From the NCBI GenBank assembly GCA_002245135.1, contig NGBS01000873.1, positions 62,001 through 126,000 on the forward strand: a DNA stretch of 64,000 nucleotides, written 5' to 3'. This DNA is from Proteromonas lacertae. Its lineage: Eukaryota. A model generated the notes under the pieces. The model had not been told where the DNA came from. It saw nothing but the letters and a program-made list of their open reading frames with translations, and searched no databases. The position numbers and the translations under genes are program-made. Numbering within the stretch: the stretch's first letter is position 1; every line of letters starts with the position of its first letter. Positions 51,801-64,000 of this stretch are shown piece after piece.

Positions 51801-54800
51801 TTAAATTTGTCATCATGCCTGTATAATTTGTATATCCAATGTTCTGCTGAATAACTATTTTCATCTACATTTATTATAACTGTTATTACTGATTTTTGTT
51901 GTATGAAACATTTATTAAAAATATTATCATCATATAATGTAAGATTTAAATATTTTGTTGTTATTCCATTCATTCCTATTGCTGTAATAGTATATTGTGT
52001 TTCTAGCAATGATTCATTCACTTTTCCAGTTATTTCACATGTCTTTGTATCGAAAATAAGACAAGAGGGTAATCTTGGAGATACTTCACATCTTTCAACT
52101 AGATTTATTGTTGGTTTAATTAACACACTATCATTTAAATAATACTTATATTCTCTTGCACTATACTCTAATACAGGTAGTTTGATTTCAGTTGTTACTG
52201 GAAAGATTTGAAGAGAGTCTGTTTTTAGAGTGAAATTATCAATTGATTCTCCATCTGAATAAAGATATATTTTATAGTTATTATAACTATAGATAAGGCT
52301 ATTATACAAATATAACCAATAATCACCTGAAACTAAACATATTGTTTGAGAATATGCAGGTTTATCACTTGTAAATATTGTCATTTCATCAGAAAGTGGA
52401 TTAGTATCTACACTCACAAACTGATATACAAAATAGCCAGGTAATACATCATCTTTATAATCAAACTTAAAATAAACTAATTTCTCATTTTCTAAACATC
52501 CATTTGTTATAACATTGAGTAATATTGTTTTATAAATTGGGATTTTGTTGTTGTTATAATAAGCTTTTATCTTCATCTCATAAATATCTAATGGATTTAT
52601 TGGAACAATTGTCAGTTTACCTGTTTCATTATTATATGTATAACCATCAATCTGAGTTTCGATTTCGTAATATGATATAAATCCATAATCAACATCAATT
52701 GAAAAATGTCTTTCTTCTCCTAAAGTCAAGTTTAATTCGTCATAATAAACAACACCAACATCATCTAAATCTATTAAATGAATGCCTTGAGGCATATTAT
52801 GACCAATTACACTCATTTGGATTGTTGTATTCATAATTCTACCATTATTCAGTTTAGCACTTATTGTATAAGATTTCTTTTCAGATTCTAATCTAGGAAT
52901 TCCATGAATTCCACAAATATCACTTATTTCTAATCCACTTGGTAATGTTGGATAAGATTTACAATTAATGATTAAACCATTTACATGGATAGTTGGATAA
53001 ATATCATCTATTTGTTTATCTTTTACAAATACTACATAACTATTACTATATTCAAAATCACCTCTTGGAATATAGTGTAAATATTCATTCAATTCTTTAT
53101 ATACACCATCTACTCCTTTCTTCAGATATAATTCTATTCCATTTTCACCAATATATTTCATGTAATTCACTCGAATGAAATGATAACCTACATTCAATTC
53201 AACAGATTTACTTTTCCAACTCCATTTATAATTTCCACTGTGATTTATTATTTCCTTATAATCAATAAACAACCAAGATCCATATACTGATGTTAGATTG
53301 AATGTATAAACATCATTATCATCAATTTTTAAATATCCTTCCCAATTTATTCCAAATTCACTTTTTAAATTGGGAGTTAAACCATCCCAAATACTATTAT
53401 CACTTTCATATGGATGATTTATTCCTTCTTCTAATCGAATCATTTCGCATTCACATTTTCACTAGATGAGTGTATGGAATTGGATTTAAATGATTGAAAT
53501 GGTTAGTTCTTAAGTAATAACCAACTATTCCTTTTACATATTTATTGATTATATCTATAGTTATTGAAACTGTATTTGTTGTTGATGTAGTTGTCTTACA
53601 ATACATTTTTATTGATATTGTTGAAGATATTTTACCTTTTAATACGTTTCTATCTAAATCTATCATTAATGGATCTACTCCAAAACATTCATTAGCTTTT
53701 CCTCTTTCAAATTGGAATGGAATTTCAAAATAACTATTCATTGGAACACTGTAATAATCACTTTCAAATCTTAAATCAGAGACTGGCTTATATAATGTTT
53801 TAGCTTGATAAAATGGAATTGATTCTTCTTCATTATTACCATTTGGCTTTATCCATTTCATTTTTAATCTATAGCTGGATGAATCATATTTATCTAAACA
53901 TTTTTCATTATTGTCATCATCATTATCTGTATAACATTCTTTTTGTTTTTTACTATAATATCCTCTCATTTCAAAATCATGATAACCAGATATTAATATC
54001 ACCTTATTTGAAGATTCTGAATATTCCCATAAACTACAAAATCCATAATATTCATTATTGTCTTTTGTATAATTGAATTTTGTTGAGTTAAATACATTTA
54101 CTTCATCAATATAAACTTTATAGAATGAATAATCAGAATTAGTCATAAAAGTATATTCACCTTCACTTTCCACATATATCAGTCCTTTTATGGTGAAATT
54201 CCAATATTCAATGTGATTTGTTGATAAATAATTGTCTAGTTTTTCATCCCAAATTACATATGTATTATCACCATCTAAGGCATCTAAATCATCTATTATT
54301 GTATTTAAACTACTATAAACTGTATTGATTTTATCATAACCACAACTAAATTCATTCACACCATCTATTTCAATATTCAATCCTGCTTTATATTCAAATG
54401 GAATTTTGGATATTATTATATCTGTTGTTATTCCACTTTCATTTGAAGGATTTTTGGCTTTGATTGTTATTCTATTTATATATTATAACATTCAATAAAA
54501 TACATTAATTTATCAATTGGTGAATAGTTATTGAATGATAATATTCCTTCATTTGAAAGGGTGATATCGTAATTTCCTTCTGGTTTGAAACTAATTGACC
54601 AATTTTCTACTTTTTTATCACACTTACATGGAAAAGAGTAGGTTAAATTGTCAATTATGTTCAATTCATTTATTCCACAGGATAAGGTTGTAGGAACATC
54701 CCATACTATCATTATATAAAGAATTATACTTTTAATAATTAATTCTGATGTTAATTTACTTTCATCAGGTTTTGTTAACGTAATAGTATATGTTTCCAGA

Positions 54801-55055
54801 TTCTCTTCTTCAGGAGTACCTGTGATTCTACCACATAGTGGATCAAGAATTAGTCCTTTGCTCAAAGCAGGTTTGATAGTAAATATTCCACCACTGATTT
54901 TAATATTTGGTGTGTTTGACGTTATTCTCTTCCCAACAGAATAATTTGGTTTTTGTTTTGAGTATTTAAAGTCATTTTCTGTAGCAGCATATACAACTAA
55001 TATCACTAGTAAATGTTTATTTTAACATAATACGAAATACACAGATTATGCTCAT
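48864..55055 (-). CDS. Large type I surface protein with He_PIG Ig-like repeats, PA14 and discoidin/F5-8-like domains
   Basis: Signal peptide MSIICVFLILVVYAA, many xPxLPxGLxxDxxTGxIxG repeats, PA14-like FGINWEGYLKI...GYHFIRVNY, YAFDENPNSKF...PRDFSLEG and a C-terminal TM. Frameshifts at about 53457 and 49425. Confidence 0.8.
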
Positions 55056-55325
55056 CTATTTTAAAAATAAGATCACTATACTGAAATAACTATACAAAAT
55101 GTTGTTAATCAAGCCTTTAATCAAACTAAATATTTGATCGTTTCAATTTTATAAAAATCCTGTTTTAATCAAAGTTAGTGATAAAACAAATATATACATT
55201 TAATAATCATATTTCACTAATAACTATTTTGAAAAATTTACTCTATCTCATTAACCAATAGACACAAACACTATTATATAAAATTAATAATAAAATAAAT
55301 GAAGAAATATTACAATTAAACATTA

Positions 55326-58300
55326 TTACACCATTGAAGACATAATCTGACATCCTTCACCAACAAACCCATCAAAACATTCACACTTTCCAGAAGTATA
55401 ATCACATATACCTCTTCCACTACAATCTCTTTTCACTTCACTGTTACGATTATTTGAATCTAATGGATCAACTCCAGAGGGACATTCCTTCAAACTACAG
55501 TCAGCACCTCTTCTTCCACTATCACACAAGCAGCCAAATACTAAATCTGGAAAAACATCTGAACTACTGCTATCTGAATTAGCATTTCCATATCCTCCAT
55601 ATGACGATAAATCTTTATTGCCTAATATTTCTTTTAATGGAACACATATTCCATTACCATTACAATTATTAGGACAACTCAATCTTTGACAAGCTGATCC
55701 TTCAAATCCTTCATAACATTTACATTGACCTGTAATTCTATCACATTCTCCTTGACCACTGCATTCTATGGGTATATGTGTTGTTTCCATTGTTCTAAAT
55801 TCAATTTCATAACCAATTACATCATTTGGAAATGAATCTAATATTCTTCTTCTTCCATCTGGTTTATCTGCTGTTGTTGTTGCTTCTGGTGTTGTTGCTT
55901 CTGGTGTTGTTGGTTGGTGTCTTAACATTTGTAACTAATAATTTATCAGATAAGTTCAATATAATTGTAGAGATTTTCTTCTTATCATCATCATCTTCAC
56001 TTGTCATTAATGTTTTCTTCATGATTTGTACTGAACCAATAAATACTCTCTTTCCATTTCTATACAATTCATATACACTCATATGAGTTCCAGGTATTAA
56101 TAATGACAATAATGAATTAGAATTTGATATTAAACTCAAATCAAGTTGTAAATATCCATTTAATAAACTATTTGTGGTTATATTTCCATCTCCAGATATA
56201 TCTCTTCCTATTGTAAGTATTGTACTACCATCATCATCATTATATTGTATATGGAATGTAGTATCACTAACACTTACATACTTTCCAAAGTAATAATGAT
56301 CATTTTTACCTTCTCTTATCATTGAAAACAAATCACTTTTTTCTATTGTGATTGTATTTCCATTTATATCACTTAATAAAAAGCATATTTCACCATTCTT
56401 TGGTGTTTTTATATTATCATCATTTATAAAGGTAAAAATATAATCATTATACATTAGAAGATACAGTGATATTACCAGTGTAAATATTAATCTCTTGATT
56501 CATAGTATTTGGATTATAACATGCAAATGATATAGAATAATTATCTGTTGAATATAATGAATCAAATATTGTTTTATATCCTATCCAAGTAATACTTAAA
56601 TCATTTACAACTTGAGGGTTAATTAATGACAAATCATTTCTTACTGATAATATTCTATCACATTCTATATTATCAATATTGTATATTTCTTCTAAAGATC
56701 TTCCTGCTTCTTTATTCTCTTTATATATTCCACCTTTAAATTCTATAAACATTTCTTTATCAGAATATGATTTAACATCAACTGTTCCTTTAAATAACTC
56801 ATTATCATCACTTTTATATTGACATTGTAACAATCCTCCAGTTATTGGCAGTTTAACTGATATATCATATAATGATGGAGAATCATTTTTATCAACAATA
56901 TATAAATTAATATTATCATCTAATACTTGTAATGGTTGTTTTTCTGATGGTTTTATTTCTTCATCTTTCATATTATCTTTAATACCATCATCACTTGGAC
57001 TTGTTCTGATTGTTGATAAAGTATTCCAATCTTTAGGTATTTCTGGTTTAAATGTTATTGTAGTTTTAGGTTCATCTGTTAATTGTCTTTGTTGTGCTTC
57101 TACACTTTGAATTATTGCTGTATGTTCTCTTATTTCTTGAGCTTTAATAATTGGTATAAATATATATTGACCTGGTAATAAATAAAGTCCTACTTTCTTA
57201 TTGCTATTTAAATCTTCAGATAGTATTTCAATTGCTACCTTCTTTTATTGTTTCTTTTGGTAGAATAATAACTAAATGTCCATTTTCATTACCAGTTTTA
57301 ATACCTTTTTCTGGTTGTTCATATTTACCAACTATATATTTGTCACTTTTATTATCTTTTCTTACATTTACTCCTAAATCTGTATTTAATATATCTAATA
57401 CTTCTCCTTTACTATCACTCAATATTCCACAAGAATAAGACACTTCATCTTCTAATAATGATAGATAATCTTTAGGAAATGTTAAAGTGACTTTATCAGT
57501 TAAATCTGACAGAGTAGAAACTGATACATTTGGATATATTATTATATCATTCTCTTTATTCATACATGACATATTGACATTTCTTTGAAAGAATTTTTTC
57601 TTTTCTTCAACTTCTATTGGTTCAGATGGAAAGAAACCCATATTAAATAGTAATTTACTATATATAGCTACATTGGTAGTTGTGGTTATTGCTGTATCTT
57701 CATCCTTCTGTTTTTTAACTGTGAATGAATAATAAAGTGATAAATCATTTCTTTTTGTTATATATTTATTACATTCTATATTTATAACACTACCTGAATT
57801 TACTTCTTTGTTGAATAATATATAATATGCATATGTTTCATTTTCAACTTTTCCTTTTATATCCGCTTCTAATCCATTACTACACTGTAAAATAGCTCCA
57901 ATATCTGTTAATGATGAAGATTGCTATACTTGTATTTAAATAATAAACAACCCAAAACTTATTATCATTAGCTAATGAATCGCCTTTTAAAAATGTTGGT
58001 GGTAATGGAGATAGTTTATTAATTGGAAATGTTCTGATATAATATAGGAAATTACTACTATAAATGCTATTTATAGCATTTGAAAATGTAAATGTGTTTG
58101 TTGTTATTGATTTTATAATCACTGGTTTTTCAATAATAATATTATTATCTAATAACATTGATAAATATATCTTTCTATCAACTAACAAATAATCTTCAAT
58201 TCCTTCATAATTACATTTTATATTCGCATTTTCAATTACATTATCATTATCCTTCTTTTTCATCACTATAACTTTATCTTTCTCTTCATCAGCTATAATG

Positions 58301-60381
58301 TCTAGATTATTATTATCACTATTAGTATATTTTCCTAAATAATATTTATCATTATTTATTCTTACATTCTGACCTAAATCAGTATCTAAAATATTCATAT
58401 TATTTCCTTCAACATCACTTAATAAATAACATACTTTAAAAACATCAACATTATCTTCATTATTTAATGTAAATGTAATATCATTATTATTATATTGAAC
58501 ATCTGTTGCATTAAGGATAATGAATTGATTTGCATCGTCATCCTTTTTCAGACAAGCAAATGATAATAATGACTTATTGATTTTAAATTTCATATTATTC
58601 AATATTGGTTTATATCCTTTCCACACTATTTTCTTATTATTATCTGTTGGTATTGTTGGATTTAAATAAGATAAATCATTTCTTATATATATTCCTATGC
58701 ATTTCATTCCGCCTATTCCAAAATCATCTATTAATAATAATCTTCTTTCTGTTTCTGGCTTAAGTTCTCCATCTGATAAAGCTTGATTAAACTGAACATA
58801 TGAATATACTGGAAAACCATTTTCGTCTAATTTATAACCTTTTACATCTATTAAGATTAAATTTCCATCTTTATTACATTCCAATAATCCACCAACTTCT
58901 GGAGATTGTAATGATGTGAGAAATCCAATTTGTATATTCAATTTGTATAAATGAGAAGTTTCATCCAATATTTCATTCAGATAATTGGCTTCATTTGTAG
59001 GAAACATCCTAATATATTGCAATGGAATAGTTGTAGATGGTAATTCTGGAGTAAATGAATATTTATTACTACTTTCTATTCCAATAATTCTAACAGCAAC
59101 TTCATAAATATTGTTATTACTTATAACTGAAAGATAAACAGTTCGATTAATCTTTAAATATTCTTTTAAATCTGCAAATGATGAAGTTATAGCATTAGAT
59201 GATATTACATCTTCTTTACCATTCAATAAAATCACTGTATGACCTTTAGAAGTTTTTATTATTTCAGAAGAAGATGGTATAGGATATTTTCCAATATTAT
59301 TTTTATTCCCATCACTATCATCTACTCTAACATTAATTCCTAAGTTAGTAGTTGAAATATCATCTACTTTTTCACCTAATAAGAAACAAATACATCCTTC
59401 AGATAGTGTATTTGAACTATCATCAATAGCGAATTTTACATTGGAATTATCATCTGGTATATAATCAGCTTCTTTTGGTGGATCTATTTCAGCTGTAGCA
59501 TCATACACTTTTATTTCACTATCACAGTCAATTGAACTAGTACAAGCCATTTTAACAACTTTACTATACTTATTCACTTCATTTTTACCTTTAAACAATC
59601 CTAATTCATTCACAATCTTGCCATAATTCTTCCATGTCACTACTTTACTACCATCAACTGCTACAGGATTATAAGTTGACCAATCTGTTCTTATATTCAC
59701 TATTTTATCACATACAACTGATGTAATTGATATTGATTCTGATAATTCTGTAGTTGGTTCAGCTTCTGTATGAATTTTAACATCAAATTGTATATATGAA
59801 TTAATAGTGTTTTTATCATTTACCCATCTCTTTACATCTGCTATAATTATATCTCCATTTTTCTTTGTTAATACTCTTCTCCTTCTTCTACTAATATCCG
59901 TTTTATCACTTTGATAATGGCATTTTAAAATACCTCCATATTCTTCATTTAATCCTTCTATCAATGTATTGGCAAAATTTGTTACATAATATAAATTTGT
60001 ATCTTTATTAACTTCTTTTACTGTTATTGGACTTGCTGGTAGAGTTCTATTAGTTGATATCGTGTCAAGCATCCTTTCAGGAGTATCTCCTACTTCAGGG
60101 ACTTGGCTAGTTGTAGGTGCATTATTTGCATTAGAAGGATACTTAGAAAAAACAGTAGAAAATGGATTACCAACAGGACACTTCTTCAAACTACAATCAT
60201 TACCAGTAAAACTCTCTCCTTGACCATCTTTAGTTAATCCAACTTGATTATAGCATGTACATCTTCCATTAGAGTCACATGAGCCATGACCGCTACAGTC
60301 ATTAGGACATCTTGTGCAAATATTTACTATGCATAAATAGAATAATATCAAATGTGTTAAATCCAAATTCTTCCTTTTCAT
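55326..60381 (-). CDS. Mastigoneme (Sig1/Ocm-type) EGF-like protein with four large internal repeats
   Basis: Signal peptide plus CPNDCSGHGSC...GNDCSLKKCPVG at the N-terminus. ECSGQGECDRITGQCKC...CSLKECPSGVDPL...DCSGRGICDYTSGKCECF at the C-terminus. Removing four single bases gives 5052 nt, or 1684 codons. Confidence 0.75.
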
Positions 60382-60513
60382 CTTCTAATTTTGATAAACG
60401 TTGAATAGAAAAATATATTCGTTTCAAGCCTCAAGCTTTTTTATTTTATCTTTCATTTTTGAGAGATATACAACATTCAAATAAACTAAATAACTCTTAA
60501 TATAATCAGTATG

Positions 60514-63500
60514 CTACATATTACTTATTGCTACTTCCAAATCAGGACAATTTATCAACATATTCTCAATTATATTGTTTCTAAGAGTAAAAGTGATAAA
60601 TTCTAAATAATCATAATCTAAATTGTAGATATTTAATTCTGACTTGCTTATCATCTATTCAATAATAATTCAATATTAGAAATAATACAGCTTTATTCTC
60701 ATTCAAAAACTGTTGGAACTTTAACTCAATTCCCCATCCTTCCATATGTGTTACATCATTAAAATAATCATGAAACTATAATAATAATAATAATATATAT
60801 ACATTTTGATCAATATCATTATAAATATCAATTAAAACATTCAAATCGAAATGAATTCTCTCATCATCATTCTCTTTTATTACACTCATTATTTTCTGTA
60901 GAGTATGAATATGTTTTAAGATATTATTGAATATTCCAGCACTCCTATTTTAATATATATATGTTTATTCATAATATACGATCTAAATATTCTATAAATA
61001 TCACAAATATTACAAGTATAGAATATTTCATCAAAATGAAAACAATAGTATAAATAATATAAAATAGCTTTCCATAAATTATGTCTTTGATAATATTTAT
61101 ATATTTTCTTTCTTAAATACTCCAAATATCCTTCATTGCTATACTCAACTGCTTCTAAATTCTCATTATTTACACCACCATCTTTAGTTATTAAACTCAA
61201 TACTTCAGTTATTCTTGAAGCACTATCTACATCAAAGAAGACTAATTCTGACAGAATTCTTTGATAATCATAATTCAAATATGTAATTGATTTTGATTCA
61301 GAAAATGTATTGTTATATCTTAAAGCGCACAACTATTATACAATATAACAATAAGAGAAGTATATATATATATATATATATACTTTTTTACATGTAATAT
61401 ACAGTAAAAATGGTTCATGATCAGAGTATGTCATTGTATAAAACAAAACATAATGTATAATAATTGGAGTATGATTAATAACTGCTTGTTTCATATATTC
61501 TTTTACCATTCCTTCATCATCTATAATTCTCTGAAGACTCCACACTCTATAGAAATATTAAAAAAAACATATAAAATACTTATCATCAGTCTCTACTGAT
61601 ATTACCTCTAATTGAGCACTATACAAAAAAAGAATATGAAAATATGAATAAAATACTGAGCAATTGAATCTCTAATGTTACTTAAAATATGATCCACAAA
61701 TATATTTATAACTTTCTCATTGTTTTTACTATTATCATCACCACTTATATCGTATAATTCAAATATATTGAAATTAACACCTTCAAGATAAGTCATTTTT
61801 TCACTTATTGTTCCATTTCCATACAATCCTGTAAATAAACTTTCATAATAATCTTCTGGTAGTTTTACTCCACTTGTATTGAATAATACTTTAATGCTAT
61901 CCCACATTTGATACAATAACAATGGACTCTTATACCATAAAGCTCTTTCTTGTCCATATAAATAGATTGTTTCTTTTTTCTCTGTTTCATAATTCATTCT
62001 GTAGAATTTAGCATATGGCAAACAATCAGGACTATTTTCAATACATAAATAAAAAAAATGAAAAACATATATACTATATAGAAACATAAGAATTCAGTTT
62101 ACCTAATTCCAAATAGATAGAATAATCTGTATCATTCCAATATTCATATCTTGAATTATAACCTTGAACAATTGTCAATGCATTCACATAAGGATTCTTT
62201 GGCTTTCCTTTAGTACGATATGACTCAAATATTTGATAAATACATTCATCTATTCTTGAATCAACAGCGTATTGAATATGTACAGCTTCTTCATATAATT
62301 GTTCAGGATATCTGTTCATACTATAAGCAATTGCATAAGAAGCAGGTAAACTAACAACATAATTGCTTAGACATAAATCATTCACTTTGAATAACCAATA
62401 TTTACTTATTAATGGATTTGGAACTATCTTATTTTCTTCAAGATACTACAATATATATTATATATAATAAGACATTATAAATACTTCATTGTAATATTTC
62501 TCTATTAATTCTGTCAGTGATGTTGGTTCTCCATGTACTATAAAGAAATAATAATAAGAATATATATATATATTTATATACATGATTCTCTATGAACATC
62601 CATAACAGAGAAAAAAGTTTGATATGAGATTGCATGTTCATATATTTCAAAATTCCATTTCAGTTTCTATATTGATATTAATATTTAACACAATATACAT
62701 TCAATACTAATAATCCATTTTGTGTAGGATATGGATTAGAATAATCATTAATTATTAACCTTCCAAATAATTCTTTAAATATACAAGCAATTGGCTTGAT
62801 ATATACTTCTGTATAATAAGTGAAATAATGAGAAGAATATTCCATGAATCTAGTACGAAGTAGTTTCATTTGATTATATAAATGAACTATATATAATATT
62901 ATATATATAATATTTGATAAATACAAACATGATCTTTTATATTCTCTTTTTCCATATAACAATGTTTTCCATCTTCATAATCAACGTAAATCTTTCTTAA
63001 CTCTTCATATATTCTATAAATGTTCTTTATTTCATTTGTAAATGCATGAACATTACCTGACATATCTGTTAAAATTGGTTTTAATAATAAATACCTTTGA
63101 GGTTTATTCTGACAAGTTGAATGCAATAACAATTGAAAACAACTAAAGATAATACATAATAAAAAATATATATATACAAATTGTAGAGTGGTTTTTTAAT
63201 AAAGTCTTTAAATGCTTTATCTCTGTACTATACAATTCAATATAACAGTGACAATATATACTTCATTTAATAAACTAGGATTTGGTCTATATTTCAACTT
63301 ATGATAAAATGATAAATAATCTTCAGCTTGATCAGAATTCAAAAATACTCCATTTGCTAAACTTTGTAACGGATATTTCTCAAATATAATAGAAGGTCTA
63401 GCATCAGCAAGTATAATAGAATAATGTTTCTTAACTTTTATATAATAATAATTTGAACCATCTTTTATTTGAAAGAAACATTTCAATGTTACATATTTCT

Positions 63501-64000
63501 TTAATTCTAAAGTTGGTTTTATTGATTTCTTAAAGTTTTCACTCTCTGAATCGATTATCTGTTGAGGATTCCATTTTATTTTGTTTTCTATATTCGTATT
63601 ATTTTCAGTTTTAATCTTTTCGAATGTTGTTAATGAGAGTAATACTCCATGACAAACTTCCTATATATATATAAATATAAATACAAATGAATGTAATAAC
63701 AAATATACTTTTGGATTATTATCTTTGTCTAATACTATTGCTGAAGGACATTTCTATTTAATTGATTATAATAACTATAAATATAATACAATAAATTTAT
63801 TGATTTCTGCCAATATTATATTACCTAATGCATCACAAGACTATAAACAAAAAAAATTAAAAATTTAAAAAAAAGTCATACTTCATCTAAATCGTTTAAA
63901 GTTCTTGGTAAAACACTGTGAATATATAAATTAACTTGTGCACTTCCTCCATCTAATGATGAATAACAATCTTTGTATAAATATTCACTATTTTGAATGG
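60514..64000 (-). CDS. Large intron-rich hypothetical protein, 5' end outside window
   Basis: A chain of minus-strand exons separated by ~30 nt GT-AG introns up to the window edge. No recognisable motif. Confidence 0.6.

Noticed and set aside
55870..55912. 15-nt tandem repeats (also about 46088-46125) as a CRISPR-like or regulatory array
   Set aside because: They are in-frame coding repeats (TTPEA, SSVKS) without spacers, in a eukaryotic context.
57924..57951. 28-nt GT-AG intron as the explanation of the first mastigoneme frameshift
   Set aside because: It restores frame, but the donor (GTTGT) is atypical here and it would delete residues that align with the other internal repeats.

Overview
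This is a gene-dense, very AT-rich eukaryotic nuclear window with many tiny GT-AG introns, mostly about 26-38 nt. The intron size, a stramenopile mastigoneme-type gene and a He_PIG/PA14 surface protein point to a Blastocystis-like stramenopile; this is inference. The window opens with transposon debris (a pogo/DDE_1 relic and a foldback/MITE-like inverted repeat) and a tRNA-Phe. A housekeeping block follows: class C GPCR, TFIIS, NVL/Rix7, AP-4 sigma, a TFIIS-like paralog, RPAP2, PWWP/PHD reader, SPAG6/PF16, RPL18A, Nup35, a kinesin-5-like protein and a P4-ATPase. The accessory block holds an Hsp70 relic, a double Crinkler-type NTPase/REase protein, a broken BTB-Ig-SPRY gene, a divergent PP2A-B56-like protein, Cys-rich zinc repeat proteins, a large Ig/PA14 surface protein and a repeat-expanded mastigoneme-like protein. 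I reconstructed several multi-exon genes missing from the ORF track by hand. The best leads are the two-module CR NTPase-REase protein, a class C GPCR with three bacterial-type solute-binding domains, a kinesin-5 with degenerate switch motifs, a possible Rpa14-like protein that shares a TTAA stop with a convergent gene, and retained flagellar genes. About ten frameshifts, mostly single-base +1, are probably long-read errors but can be tested. All homology calls come from motif recognition; no searches were run.
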